A stretch of DNA of 64,000 nucleotides from an uncultured archaeon (GCA_964632315.1 CAZWEM010000020.1:1-64000); one strand, 5' to 3'; shown: positions 50,639 to 60,885, numbered from the stretch's first letter. The notes: generated by a model from the sequence alone, not told the origin. Numbers and translations: made by a program.

Positions 50639-51928
50639 GTGGATAAAAAGAGAGGATTATCAGAGATATATGAGAAAATAGAACAAGGAACAGTTAATAT
50701 TCTGACAATGCAGGAGTTTATTGATAAGATTGAAGATGGTGAAAAAGTGAGGTTTGAGGATGTAGATGTTGTCACTACTGCAACTAAAGGTCTAATGAGC
50801 GGAATAATGGGCATTTTTTCATTCAGATTATCACCCCCAAAAACTTTAAGAAAATTTACTGAAATTACTATTAATGGTATTCACGCTTTTCCGGGGCCAT
50901 GTCCTAATGAATATCTTGGTATTGCAGATTTAATTATTTATGGGACTGCTCAGAGTAGTACTAAAACAAATTACGGTGGAGGTTCCCTATTTAGAGATTT
51001 GGTAGAGGGTAAAACTGTTGAAGTTATAGCAAAAAGTAGTGAAGGAGAAATCGTTGAAAGAAAATTACCTCTTGATGAGATGCAATTTGCTAAATTAATG
51101 GGAACAAGACAAGCAATAAAAAATTATAATGCGATGGTAAATTGTGAAAATTATCCAGTTGATACTATCTTTTCTAGCATTCCATTTGAGCCCAATAAGA
51201 CACAACTTACTTTTTCGGGATGTGGCGCTTTAAATCCCTTTCAAAATGACCCTGAATTCAACGTGTTTGGTGTTGGACTACCATTATTAGTGAATGGAAG
51301 TAAAGGATATATGATTGGACCTGGTACTCGAAATTATATCGAAAAACCGAATATGATGACTATTGCCCCGTTTATAGATATGCAACCAGAGTATATGGGC
51401 GCATTTAAAACGTCATATGGTTTAGAACCAATAAATTCTATTGCTGTACCTATTCCAGTTTTGAATGAGCGAATTTTCAATAATCTTGTTCGAAGCGATA
51501 AAGACGTAAATTTACAAATTTTAAGCTTAGTTGGTCGGGAAAAAATAGGAGAGATTACTTATGGCGATGTTTGGGATAAAAATTTCACAATGAAATTTAA
51601 TTCTGAAGCGTGTAAAAAATGCGATGAATGTGATGTTATCGATAAATGTCCAACTGATGCTTTCATAATTAAAGGAGATAAAATTTCTGCCATTGATCGA
51701 TCTCGATGCTTTAACTGTGGTACTTGTGCATGGTTATGTCAAGATGCTTTTGATTTAGCCCTGAAAAAAATTGAAATGGGTGGTAAAACTATTCCTGTGG
51801 TTTTAAGACAGTCTGACAGGAATGGTGCTATTAAGTTAGCAAACGAGTTGAAAAGATTAATACTGAAAGGTGAGTTTACCTTGAAAGAACCTACGGGAAC
51901 CCTTGATTTCGCAGAATATATAAAATAA
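50639..51928 (+). CDS. DUF39 (homocysteine biosynthesis-type / methanogenesis marker 16) protein with 4Fe-4S ferredoxin domain
   Basis: VDVVTTAT.GLMSG, GPCPNE.LG, SGCG.LNP.QNDP, CxxCxxC..CP, CFNCGTC, RQSDR. Confidence 0.85.
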   Translation: MDKKRGLSEIYEKIEQGTVNILTMQEFIDKIEDGEKVRFEDVDVVTTATKGLMSGIMGIFSFRLSPPKTLRKFTEITINGIHAFPGPCPNEYLGIADLIIYGTAQSSTKTNYGGGSLFRDLVEGKTVEVIAKSSEGEIVERKLPLDEMQFAKLMGTRQAIKNYNAMVNCENYPVDTIFSSIPFEPNKTQLTFSGCGALNPFQNDPEFNVFGVGLPLLVNGSKGYMIGPGTRNYIEKPNMMTIAPFIDMQPEYMGAFKTSYGLEPINSIAVPIPVLNERIFNNLVRSDKDVNLQILSLVGREKIGEITYGDVWDKNFTMKFNSEACKKCDECDVIDKCPTDAFIIKGDKISAIDRSRCFNCGTCAWLCQDAFDLALKKIEMGGKTIPVVLRQSDRNGAIKLANELKRLILKGEFTLKEPTGTLDFAEYIK

Positions 51929-51939
51929 GTTGATAAATT

Positions 51940-52389
51940 ATGGAAGAGACTCACTCAAAATTACAAAAATTTGATCAAATAGGGATACTAGTAAGAGATA
52001 TCGAAAAAACTGCAAAATATTTCAAAATTTTCTTACAATTTCAATCAAATATAAATATCATCGAGCAAATGTCAACAGTTTTCTATAAGGGAAAAGAAGT
52101 AACATTTAAAATGAAGAAAATAATGCAAAATTTTGGTGGAAAACAGTTTGAAGTAATAGAGGTAGTAGAATCATCCGGAGATCATCTCTATTTAGATTTC
52201 ATCAAAAACCAAAATGAGGGATTGCATCATTTAGGAATATATACTAAAACTGCTGAAGAACTTATTGATAATTTCAAAAAGAATTATGAACTTGAAGTAA
52301 TTCAAAGTGGTAAGGCTGGAAAAGTAAAATTTTATTTTTTAGATACAAGGAAATTAATCGGCTTTCACCTCGAACTCATTTCATTCTAA
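51940..52389 (+). CDS. VOC/glyoxalase family (methylmalonyl-CoA epimerase-like)
   Basis: QIGILVRDIE, FEVIE, GLHHLG, LELI. Confidence 0.85.
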   Translation: MEETHSKLQKFDQIGILVRDIEKTAKYFKIFLQFQSNINIIEQMSTVFYKGKEVTFKMKKIMQNFGGKQFEVIEVVESSGDHLYLDFIKNQNEGLHHLGIYTKTAEELIDNFKKNYELEVIQSGKAGKVKFYFLDTRKLIGFHLELISF

Positions 52390-52467
52390 ACTTTAATCTT
52401 TTCAAGATCCACGCCACTACTTTTTATTTTAAAAAACTTTAATTTCTAATTTTAATAACTTGCACTT

Positions 52468-54210
52468 ATGTCTAAACAAGTATCAAATGGTGGAGATTTA
52501 CTCGTTAAATGCCTTCTTAATGAAGGAATTACCAAGATGTTTGGAATAATTGGGGGAGAATTAACCCGAATATACGATGCGGTGGAAAGATTTGGACGCG
52601 AAGAAGGAATCGATACTGTAATGGTTCGTCATGAACAAGCTGGAGGTCATATGGCAGATGCGTGGGCACGTGCTACTGGGGGGATAGGTGTGTGTTTAGG
52701 TACGGCAGGACCAGGGGTGACCCATCTTGTACCTGCTGTAGCGGCAGCAAAAGCAGATTCCATTCCATTACTAGTAATTGGCGCACAGATTGCAAGAATG
52801 TTCGATGATACTGGCATTCTACAAGGAGGATTAAATCAAATGGATTTAATGAAACCAATCACGAAATTGGCTATTTCTGTTGAGGAGCCTTATGAAATTC
52901 CATTTGCAGTACAGAGAGCAGTTAAAGCGGCTTTATCGGGTAGGAGAGGCCCCGTTTTCCTAGAATTAAGAGAAACTGCCTTAGTTCGAGAGGTAAGTGA
53001 AAAAGATTTGAAGAAAATTATCCCTCCTGAAAGATATCGACCTTTATATAGACCAAGTGGAAATCCTGAAGTAATAAAACAAGCCATTAATTTATTAAAA
53101 ACTGCTGAAAAACCAATTATAATCTCGGGTGGGGGAACAATTGCTTCTGAGGCTTCAGAAGAATTAAAAAAGATATCTAGAACTTATAAAATTCCCGCAT
53201 TAACTACAATAAATGGACTTGGAGCAATCTCAATTGATGAAGAAACCTATGCTGGTTCTTATCCTTTGTCAAGTACGTTTCGAAGGGCAGCCTCAGAAGC
53301 TGACATCGTAATTTCCCTTGGTTGTAAATGGGATTATACTACATTGTATGGGACTGGACCATTGTGGAATCAAGACCAGAAGATAATTCAAGTTGAAATA
53401 GACCCCCAAGAAATCGGAAAAAATAGAGAGGCGCAAGTGGCCATAATAGGAGATGTGAAGGCAATAATAGTTCAATTTTTAGAAGAAATGGAAAAAAATT
53501 TACCAAAAGAAAAAATTGCAATATGGGCCAGTTGGAATGACTATTTACAAGAAGCTCGTGAAATTGATAAAAATATCATTGATAAAATAAAAATCTCTGA
53601 TAAATCTCCAATGAAACCTGAGCGTATGGTAATAGAAATAATGGAATTTATGAAAAAAGATACACTATTAGCGGTTGATGGAGGAGATATAGCTATCTTC
53701 ACATTTGGATTAATTTCAAATTATCATAGAAATCCACGTAGTACGTATTGTTCCATAGGAATGGGTCACCTTGGCGTTGGAACTAGTTTTGCTATTGGTT
53801 CAAAATTAGCCAAGAAAGATAAACCCGTAATATGCATTAATGGTGATGGTTCATTTATGTTCAATGTTCAAGAACTTGAAACTGCTGTAAGGTTAAATAT
53901 ACCAATAATTGTGTGCGTTGCGAATAATTGTGCGTGGGGAATGCTTAAGACTTATCAGAAAAATAGCCTGAAACGACGATATTGTGATGTTGATCTACCA
54001 GCTATTGATTATTCAAAAATCGCTAAAGGATTTGGATGTTATGGTGAAAAAATAGAGAATCCTGAAGATATTAAGCCAGCTCTTCAACGTGCCATTGATT
54101 CTGGAAAACCTAGCGTTCTTGACATTTCAATTAGTTTTGAATCTCCGCCTGCGGGAAAATTTCTTGGAACGTATAAAGCAAGTAAAGGATTATTTGGAGC
54201 GGGATATTAA
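52468..54210 (+). CDS. Thiamine-diphosphate-dependent enzyme (acetolactate synthase / 2-hydroxyacyl-CoA lyase family)
   Basis: RHEQAGGHMADA, TAGPG, GDGSF...NN. Confidence 0.92.
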   Translation: MSKQVSNGGDLLVKCLLNEGITKMFGIIGGELTRIYDAVERFGREEGIDTVMVRHEQAGGHMADAWARATGGIGVCLGTAGPGVTHLVPAVAAAKADSIPLLVIGAQIARMFDDTGILQGGLNQMDLMKPITKLAISVEEPYEIPFAVQRAVKAALSGRRGPVFLELRETALVREVSEKDLKKIIPPERYRPLYRPSGNPEVIKQAINLLKTAEKPIIISGGGTIASEASEELKKISRTYKIPALTTINGLGAISIDEETYAGSYPLSSTFRRAASEADIVISLGCKWDYTTLYGTGPLWNQDQKIIQVEIDPQEIGKNREAQVAIIGDVKAIIVQFLEEMEKNLPKEKIAIWASWNDYLQEAREIDKNIIDKIKISDKSPMKPERMVIEIMEFMKKDTLLAVDGGDIAIFTFGLISNYHRNPRSTYCSIGMGHLGVGTSFAIGSKLAKKDKPVICINGDGSFMFNVQELETAVRLNIPIIVCVANNCAWGMLKTYQKNSLKRRYCDVDLPAIDYSKIAKGFGCYGEKIENPEDIKPALQRAIDSGKPSVLDISISFESPPAGKFLGTYKASKGLFGAGY

Positions 54211-54225
54211 TTTGCTTTTTATTAA

Positions 54226-55047
54226 TTGGAAGTGAATGAAAAATTGGCAGACGAAATGTTTTTAAAAGGAAAAGTGGCCCTTATAACGGGAGCTGGAAGC
54301 GGTTTTGGTCAGAAAATGGCCATAACTTTTGCTTCTAAAGGAGCTGATTTGGTTTTAAATGATATCAATATGAAAGGTCTTGAAGAAACAAAGAATTTAG
54401 TCTCTAAATCTTACAATGTTAAAATGCTGTTAATTAAAGCAGATGTTTCAAATTCGAGTCAAGTCGAAGATATGGCTAAACAAGCTTTTGAAACATTTGA
54501 TAACGTCTTTTTATTAGTTAATAATGCAGGAATCGATGGAGGATTATATTCTTCATTAAAAGCTAAGGAGGAAGTATACGATCAAGTCTTTGGAGTTAAT
54601 GTTAAAGGCCCTCTTAATGTCACTCGGGCGTTCTTTAGGCGAATGAAACGACAAAAACAATTTAAGCCGGTTCGTGGAAAAATTATCAACATTGCATCTA
54701 CTGCTGGTACGTCATCAGGACACAACCCAATGATTGGGATTTATAGTGCTAGCAAAGCTGCACTAATTGCCTTTACACGACTATGGGCTCTGGAGCTTGG
54801 TTCAAGTGATATTACAGTAAATTCGATTTCCCCCGGAGTTTTTCTAACACCAATTTATAACAATGATCCGAAATTAATTCGACAATTTCTTGAATCAAGA
54901 AGCGTAAAACTACCAATTGATAAAATTGGTAAGGCTCAATGGATTGCTGATCTAGCTTTATTCTTAGCTTCTTCAACAGCAGATTATATTACTGGGCAGA
55001 ATTTAATCATCGATGGTGGTCTTACACTAAGCGTAAACAAACTTTAA
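54226..55047 (+). CDS. Short-chain dehydrogenase/reductase
   Basis: TGAGSGFG, NNAG, YSASK, ITGQ.L.IDGG. Confidence 0.95.
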   Translation: MEVNEKLADEMFLKGKVALITGAGSGFGQKMAITFASKGADLVLNDINMKGLEETKNLVSKSYNVKMLLIKADVSNSSQVEDMAKQAFETFDNVFLLVNNAGIDGGLYSSLKAKEEVYDQVFGVNVKGPLNVTRAFFRRMKRQKQFKPVRGKIINIASTAGTSSGHNPMIGIYSASKAALIAFTRLWALELGSSDITVNSISPGVFLTPIYNNDPKLIRQFLESRSVKLPIDKIGKAQWIADLALFLASSTADYITGQNLIIDGGLTLSVNKL

Positions 55048-55114
55048 TTTTTTATTTTGAAAACAGAAATTATAAAGTATTAAAATATAAGTTAAGAAAA
55101 AGCATTAACGCTTA

Positions 55115-55699
55115 TTATTTTCCACGGCCTAGATTGGCACCAATACTGGGACGTGTTTTTTCTGAACCCCATCCTTTTTTTCTAAGTCCACGAGCTCGTT
55201 TACCTGCAGATGTTAACCCTCGAGTTACTCTATTATGATGTTGAGGTTCACATATCCAATTTATCTTTGAGTCAGATTTAATAACAGGATGATTAGGATC
55301 AACTAAAATTACTTCATAATACCAGCTTCGACCGTCAGAATGGACTTTATAGCTATTTAAAACTTCCATGTTTGGATATTTTCTCTGGACTCGTTCCTCC
55401 GCAACCCATTGTAAGTTCTTCCCAGGTGTATAACGAGTAACACCTAAAGCTCTTGGTTTTCTACCCCTTTTTGGACGTAATTTATGCATTCCTCCTTTCC
55501 TAATCCTTGCACGTACCACTACATATCCTTGCTTTGCTTGATACCCCAATGAACGTGCACGATGAATTTTCGTAGGTTTTTCAATTCTTTGTATTGATTT
55601 TCCTCTCCTATATTCGATTCCTCTTTTCCAATGAATTGTATCATATCCCCTTTCATGCTTTTCAAAAGTATCTTTGACGTAGGCATATCCGCTCTTCAT
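55115..55699 (-). CDS. rpl15e: 50S ribosomal protein L15e
   Basis: ARSLGYQAKQG, AEERV, EVLNSY, RGLTSAGK. Confidence 0.98.
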   Translation of the reverse strand: MKSGYAYVKDTFEKHERGYDTIHWKRGIEYRRGKSIQRIEKPTKIHRARSLGYQAKQGYVVVRARIRKGGMHKLRPKRGRKPRALGVTRYTPGKNLQWVAEERVQRKYPNMEVLNSYKVHSDGRSWYYEVILVDPNHPVIKSDSKINWICEPQHHNRVTRGLTSAGKRARGLRKKGWGSEKTRPSIGANLGRGK

Positions 55700-55880
55700 T
55701 TGACAATAACATCCTTTTATTAATACAGTAAAAAATTAAATAAAATTAATTAATTTTTTCATTTTGAAACCAAATTACATCTGCTAATCTTATAATTCTC
55801 TGAGATTTTATTTATAAATTAATTTAAATTACTATTCGTAAAGATTCTAGCAAGAAATAATATTATTCGGTTTAGCTTGA

Positions 55881-56339
55881 ATGATGAAAAACAACGATTA
55901 TAAGAAGAAAAAGCATTCTCTCAAACCAGAAATAAAAAGCGATCAAGGTTTAAATCTTTCTTATGATAAAACAGAATTAGAAGAAGCTTTTCCAAATCTA
56001 GTTTCAGAAATGGGTCTCAACGAAAATAAAAGAGGAAATGAAGCCCTAAATATGAAAAAGAGAAAGATAAAGTTAACACAAAATGATACCGAAGAATTTT
56101 CTTATGAAGAAAGTTTGTCTAATCCAGGAGTCATTGATTTTTTAAGGAGATGTGTGAGCTCAGAAGATGCAATTTCAATTATAGATTACTTGAAGTCCAG
56201 AAATGAGCTTTCAAGCAATTTATATGAGAAACTAATGAAGATAGTAAGTCAAGAAGGAGGATTACAAAAACTTATCCAAGATTGTGGTGGAATAAAGAAA
56301 CCAGGTTATTATGTAGATAATTATTATTACCAAGATTAA
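55881..56339 (+). CDS. DUF2095 family protein
   Basis: FPNL..E, PGVIDFLRRC...DA..IIDYL, KKPGYY. Confidence 0.8.
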   Translation: MMKNNDYKKKKHSLKPEIKSDQGLNLSYDKTELEEAFPNLVSEMGLNENKRGNEALNMKKRKIKLTQNDTEEFSYEESLSNPGVIDFLRRCVSSEDAISIIDYLKSRNELSSNLYEKLMKIVSQEGGLQKLIQDCGGIKKPGYYVDNYYYQD

Positions 56340-56375
56340 TTAATGTTAAACCAGTAATATAAACAACTGTTTAGA

Positions 56376-56442
56376 TTGATGATGATCTTATGACAAATAG
56401 AGCTATTGCTCGTAGCAGTGATTATGTCGCCCCAATCTGAAA
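56376..56442 (+). ncRNA. Candidate box C/D sRNA
   Basis: Box C ATGATGA 56379-85, C'-like GTGATTA 56418-24, 11-nt guide TGTCGCCCAAT, box D CTGA 56436-39; intergenic between convergent genes. Confidence 0.45.
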
Positions 56443-56454
56443 TTTAAATATTGT

Positions 56455-56718
56455 TTACCCTTTTTTTTCTATTTTCTGTTTGAACAATATTCCTTCTTCT
56501 GTTAAATCATATCCCTTTGAGGAATTTACGACAAGCTGTAAATCGATCAGTACTGGGATCCTTCCTCTAATGCATTCGATCGGCACTCCAGAGATGATTT
56601 CTATGGTCTGAAAGTCGTACGCTCCTTTCCCAATTGCGATTAAAATGTCTATTCCAAGATTACCTAAGAGATATCTTAAATTTTCAAATTTATTATCTGA
56701 ATTATTCATTTTTCTCAA
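56455..56718 (-). CDS. Small winged-helix protein
   Basis: ILIAI...SGVP..CI.GRI.VL....GYDLTEEG. Confidence 0.65.
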   Translation of the reverse strand: MRKMNNSDNKFENLRYLLGNLGIDILIAIGKGAYDFQTIEIISGVPIECIRGRIPVLIDLQLVVNSSKGYDLTEEGILFKQKIEKKG

Positions 56719-56727
56719 GTGTTTACT

Positions 56728-57888
56728 TTATTTATGCTTGGGTTCGTATTTTTTCGCAACGACTGGTTTGCTTTCTTTAGGTAGCAATTTTCGAAGATAT
56801 TCTGGAAAAGCTGTAGTTATCTGAATATTAGTTTTTAACACGATGTATCTTTCACTATTATATTTTATCTCCTCAATAATATTGTGCTCTTTTAGAAAAT
56901 CTAAGGATTCATTCAAATGTTTGAGAGTTCTTTTAGAAATCAAATTGGGTAATTTGTCCTTTGGAATTAATCCATTCCTCAATTCGGAAAATACATTATA
57001 CTTTTTTGAATCAGATACTATTTGAAATAACACATATGAATCTTCTTCTAACTCTTTTTCACTTTTATTTTCATATTCACTAAAATATTCCTGCACTCTT
57101 GGTAATAATATATCAATAATGTCACTCTCAACCTCCTCGGGGGCTTCTTCTAAAAATTCAATGACACTATCGGGAGGTATTCTTTCAGCATTGACTTCTT
57201 TTAATAAAAGCACGTACTTTTCTACGATTCCGATTTGATTAATAAAGATTAATTGTCTTTCTGCTAAATTATCCAATAATTCTTTGAAACTGAGTTGGGG
57301 AAAAAATTCATTAAACCATTCATTCAACTCTTCTAATGATATTGGACCTTTTGACAACTTCCTTAGGGTAAGAAAAACATGACGTTTATTTAATAACGTG
57401 GCAATTTTTTCCTCCTCACTTTTTTCTCGAGTTTCTTCAATGGTGGCCCAGTAGAGCTCTTTAACCAATCCTTTTACAACTTCATTATTTTTTATTATAA
57501 GACTTTTATCGTCTTCGTCCATGTTGTTTATATCGCTAATATAAAAAGCCGTGTAGATTTCTTCATTTGACTGAAGCTTAGAACAAAATTCTGCACATAA
57601 ATTCATTAAATTTTGCTCCATCTCTGCGGAGATTTGATGATCAAATATTAATGAGACCATTACCATTTCATTGTTCCCTCTTGCCCAATCAGAATGAATC
57701 TCGAAATAAAAATTCATGGATAGCTTGTCCTCAAAAGAAAGAGTGAAAAAACCTTCACTTACGGTCTGATCCATGATGTTAGCAATTCGCGCTGACAATT
57801 GGTCATCCAATTCTTGTTTTGGGAAGGCATAGAATACTATCGGTCCAATTTTTCTATGAAAATATGATAATGCCACGATAGTCTTCAA
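56728..57888 (-). CDS. Longin/uDENN-domain protein with tandem winged-helix-like C-terminus
   Basis: SYFHRKIGP.VFY..P, FF, FEIHSDWARG (FLCN/SMCR8/NPRL2-like longin pattern); two wH-like repeats. Confidence 0.65.
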   Translation of the reverse strand: MKTIVALSYFHRKIGPIVFYAFPKQELDDQLSARIANIMDQTVSEGFFTLSFEDKLSMNFYFEIHSDWARGNNEMVMVSLIFDHQISAEMEQNLMNLCAEFCSKLQSNEEIYTAFYISDINNMDEDDKSLIIKNNEVVKGLVKELYWATIEETREKSEEEKIATLLNKRHVFLTLRKLSKGPISLEELNEWFNEFFPQLSFKELLDNLAERQLIFINQIGIVEKYVLLLKEVNAERIPPDSVIEFLEEAPEEVESDIIDILLPRVQEYFSEYENKSEKELEEDSYVLFQIVSDSKKYNVFSELRNGLIPKDKLPNLISKRTLKHLNESLDFLKEHNIIEEIKYNSERYIVLKTNIQITTAFPEYLRKLLPKESKPVVAKKYEPKHK

Positions 57889-58046
57889 TGATCATATCTC
57901 CGCTAATTTTTTAAAATTAAGAGTTAGGGTTAAAAATTATATATTGGTAAAGATAAATAAATTTAACTTTAGAAAACTTCTATTTTAACTAAAGGCTTCC
58001 GTGATTTATTAGATAATTTTTTGATTCTCTAAGAAAGTTTACAATT

Positions 58047-58784
58047 ATGCCTCCTATAAAATTAGTTGGGTTTGATCTCGACGATTGTTTATTTGATTCG
58101 ACCGGGTTATCTGAACGTGCGCGAATAAAGGGGATAGAAGCAATGATCGATCTTGGACTCAATATTGAGAGGGAAAAAGCAATCTCGTTGATTCATGAGA
58201 TAGTTTATGAATATGGCTCTAATTCATCCCAACATTATGACTATTTCATGAGGAGGTTGAATGAATTAAAGATTCTAGAAACTTATAAAAACTTCAATCA
58301 GTATAAATATATCGCCGCAGCAGTAATGGCTTATCACAAGGAAAAAATAGAATCAATATCTCTTTATGATGATGTGGAGCCTTGCTTAAATAAATTAAAG
58401 AAATATAACATTAAATCTGCTATAATAAGCGATGGGATTCCCATCAAGCAGTATGAAAAAATACTGCGATTAAATATTCATAATTTAATTGATCTGGTTG
58501 TAATTTCAGATGAGATTGGAATAAGAAAACCCAATCCTAAATTATTTACCTATTGCTTGGAAAAATTTAAGGTAACCGGACCTGAGACTATTTATGTAGG
58601 AGATAATCTTGATAAAGATGTGGTTCCCTCGAACCAAAATGATATTTTTAGTGCTTTAATTCATCGTGGTGGTAAATATGATACATACAAAGCAGGCAAT
58701 AGCATCCCGGAAAATAAACAACCAGATTTTGAAATATCCAATCTTCTGGAAATTTTTCCAATCATTGATCAGCTAAATAAATAG
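58047..58784 (+). CDS. HAD-superfamily hydrolase
   Basis: FDLDDCL, ISDG, KPNP, YVGD..DKD. Confidence 0.92.
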   Translation: MPPIKLVGFDLDDCLFDSTGLSERARIKGIEAMIDLGLNIEREKAISLIHEIVYEYGSNSSQHYDYFMRRLNELKILETYKNFNQYKYIAAAVMAYHKEKIESISLYDDVEPCLNKLKKYNIKSAIISDGIPIKQYEKILRLNIHNLIDLVVISDEIGIRKPNPKLFTYCLEKFKVTGPETIYVGDNLDKDVVPSNQNDIFSALIHRGGKYDTYKAGNSIPENKQPDFEISNLLEIFPIIDQLNK

Positions 58785-58797
58785 AGAAGTTATAAGT

Positions 58798-59616
58798 ATG
58801 ATAAAAGTTGGATGCGTACAACCTGAAATTCATGATACTAAAAGTGAATGTTACGAAGAAATTGAAGTTTTATTTGAATCTTTTATGAGTGAACACGAAA
58901 GTTGTGATATTATTTGTTTACCAGAAAGATGGGTTCCTCTGACTGCAGATATAAAAACCGTTATTCAACAAGAACGTGGAGAAGATTATCGATTTATATG
59001 CAATTTAGCTAAAAAGCATAATACAAGCATAATTTCAGGGGCAATCTGGGAAAGAAGATCTGATCAAGTGAACCCAAAAATTACTAGTTATTTTATTGGT
59101 CATGATGGAAAGGAAATTGGACGACAAGATAAGATACACCTTTATGCTTATGAAAGAGAATACTTCGAACCAGGAAATGAAGTTAAAATCTTTTCACGTG
59201 AAACGGTCTCTTTTGCAATTTTAATTTGTTTTGATATGGCATTCTTTGAGACACCTAGAATCGCTGTCGAAAATGGAGCTCAAATTTTATTCTCACCCAC
59301 TCAAATTCGAGAAGAAGGGATGACTAATTGGGAAATCTATTTAAAGGCTCGTGCTCTTGAAAATCGCGTACCAGTTGTTGGATGTAATACTCTAGGTCAC
59401 TTTTTTAAAAGAAAGTTCACCGGTAAAAGTAAAATCATCAGCTTTGAAGAAAAACACATTAGTCCATCCAAATTGCATATTATCGAAGCACCTGAAAATT
59501 CTAATGGGGGTATCTGCGCTCAAATTGATTTAAATATCTCGGATAAAATCAGAAAACTTCGATTTAATGAGATTATTGAAAAACAGAAGATAACGGTTAG
59601 TACTATACCTTTTTAA
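58798..59616 (+). CDS. Carbon-nitrogen hydrolase (nitrilase family)
   Basis: Catalytic triad LPE, DKIHL, ICFD; ARALEN. Confidence 0.92.
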   Translation: MIKVGCVQPEIHDTKSECYEEIEVLFESFMSEHESCDIICLPERWVPLTADIKTVIQQERGEDYRFICNLAKKHNTSIISGAIWERRSDQVNPKITSYFIGHDGKEIGRQDKIHLYAYEREYFEPGNEVKIFSRETVSFAILICFDMAFFETPRIAVENGAQILFSPTQIREEGMTNWEIYLKARALENRVPVVGCNTLGHFFKRKFTGKSKIISFEEKHISPSKLHIIEAPENSNGGICAQIDLNISDKIRKLRFNEIIEKQKITVSTIPF

Positions 59617-59730
59617 TAAGATTCCTCCGGAAGATTTATCTTGTTATTTTTACTTTTAGTGACCCCTCTCCCCATGGGGGTTTAAATATACAGATCTAAA
59701 TTTAATATTAAAAAAATAAAATAATATAAA

Positions 59731-60885
59731 ATGATGATACCAAAGGCAAAATATCATGAGCATTATGTAGGACCAAGGGCTATATTTGACCAAGACTTCA
59801 TACCACCAAGTATTTTACACCGACAAAAAGAAGAAAATGCCTTATTTTCAATGATAAAAGATTCCTTGACGGATAACTTTAGCATTAACATACTTTATCA
59901 AGGAATTGAAGGAATCGGGAAAAAAGTAATTATCAATAAAGTAATAAGAGATCTTAACAATTTTCACGATAATGAAGTGAATACGTGGAAGATTAAGGTC
60001 AACTGTCAAGAAAAAAATCTTGAAGAGCTCATAATTTCAATTTTAAGCGAAATAGATAAAATTCATGATTTTAAAATTGATTTTCATCAAATATTAAATT
60101 GTAATCTTTCAGATTTATGGAAACTTTTTAAACTCGCTTGCCAAAAGATTGAATTTAAACCTATTTTCGTGTTCAATAACGTAGAAAATTTAGATCCCAG
60201 AATTTTTAGGAAATTTATTCAATATGGAAAGGAGGCTAAGATAAGCTTAATATCAACCATCAATAAAATTTTAAGGCCTTCTTCCTATGAGTTATACAGT
60301 CAATTTGATTTTAAGGTGAATTTAAACTACTTTTCTTATAATCAATTATATGATATCCTCCAGCAACGGTTTTCCTTATCTTTCTTACAAGATATCGATA
60401 AAGAATTAATTGAATACATTACGGATTTGATTTTCGAGCATTATGTGCCCGTGCCTGGAAAAGGAGTCGAGATTTTAAAAGAATTATATCCTTTTTTGAA
60501 AGAATGCACATCCCAAAATTTTGGACTTTTTGAAATTATTCAGAATCAATTTGACCCCCTTCAGATGTCTGATGAATTTAGCATGCTCTCCTATATATCT
60601 GAAGAAGAATTACTAACTCTCATATTTTTAGATAATCTTTCTAACTTTTTTCTAAAAAAGAGAAACTATTATATCAATATGAGTGAGTTGAAAGAATTGT
60701 ATTTTGTTGCTTGTGAAAACCTTGACTATAAAAAGTCCAACAATGAATTTAATAGTTTAATAAAAACCTATCAAAATATTGGAATCATTAGTAATTCCAG
60801 AAATACAATCGAGCGACGATTCTTTATGACAATCGCTCCAAAACAGTTAAAAACAATAATAGATACAGTTTTTACTAAATTCTGA
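59731..60885 (+). CDS. Divergent Orc1/Cdc6 paralogue with degenerate ATPase motifs
   Basis: FDQDFIPPSILHR, GIEGIGKK, VNC, FVFNNVE, YSYNQL-like, C-terminal winged helix. Confidence 0.8.
   Translation: MMIPKAKYHEHYVGPRAIFDQDFIPPSILHRQKEENALFSMIKDSLTDNFSINILYQGIEGIGKKVIINKVIRDLNNFHDNEVNTWKIKVNCQEKNLEELIISILSEIDKIHDFKIDFHQILNCNLSDLWKLFKLACQKIEFKPIFVFNNVENLDPRIFRKFIQYGKEAKISLISTINKILRPSSYELYSQFDFKVNLNYFSYNQLYDILQQRFSLSFLQDIDKELIEYITDLIFEHYVPVPGKGVEILKELYPFLKECTSQNFGLFEIIQNQFDPLQMSDEFSMLSYISEEELLTLIFLDNLSNFFLKKRNYYINMSELKELYFVACENLDYKKSNNEFNSLIKTYQNIGIISNSRNTIERRFFMTIAPKQLKTIIDTVFTKF

Noticed and set aside
59620-59690. TTCCTCCGGAA and CCCC-AT-GGGG upstream of the second cdc6 as ORB/origin
   Set aside because: Single box with a poor core, misplaced G-string and a short intergenic region
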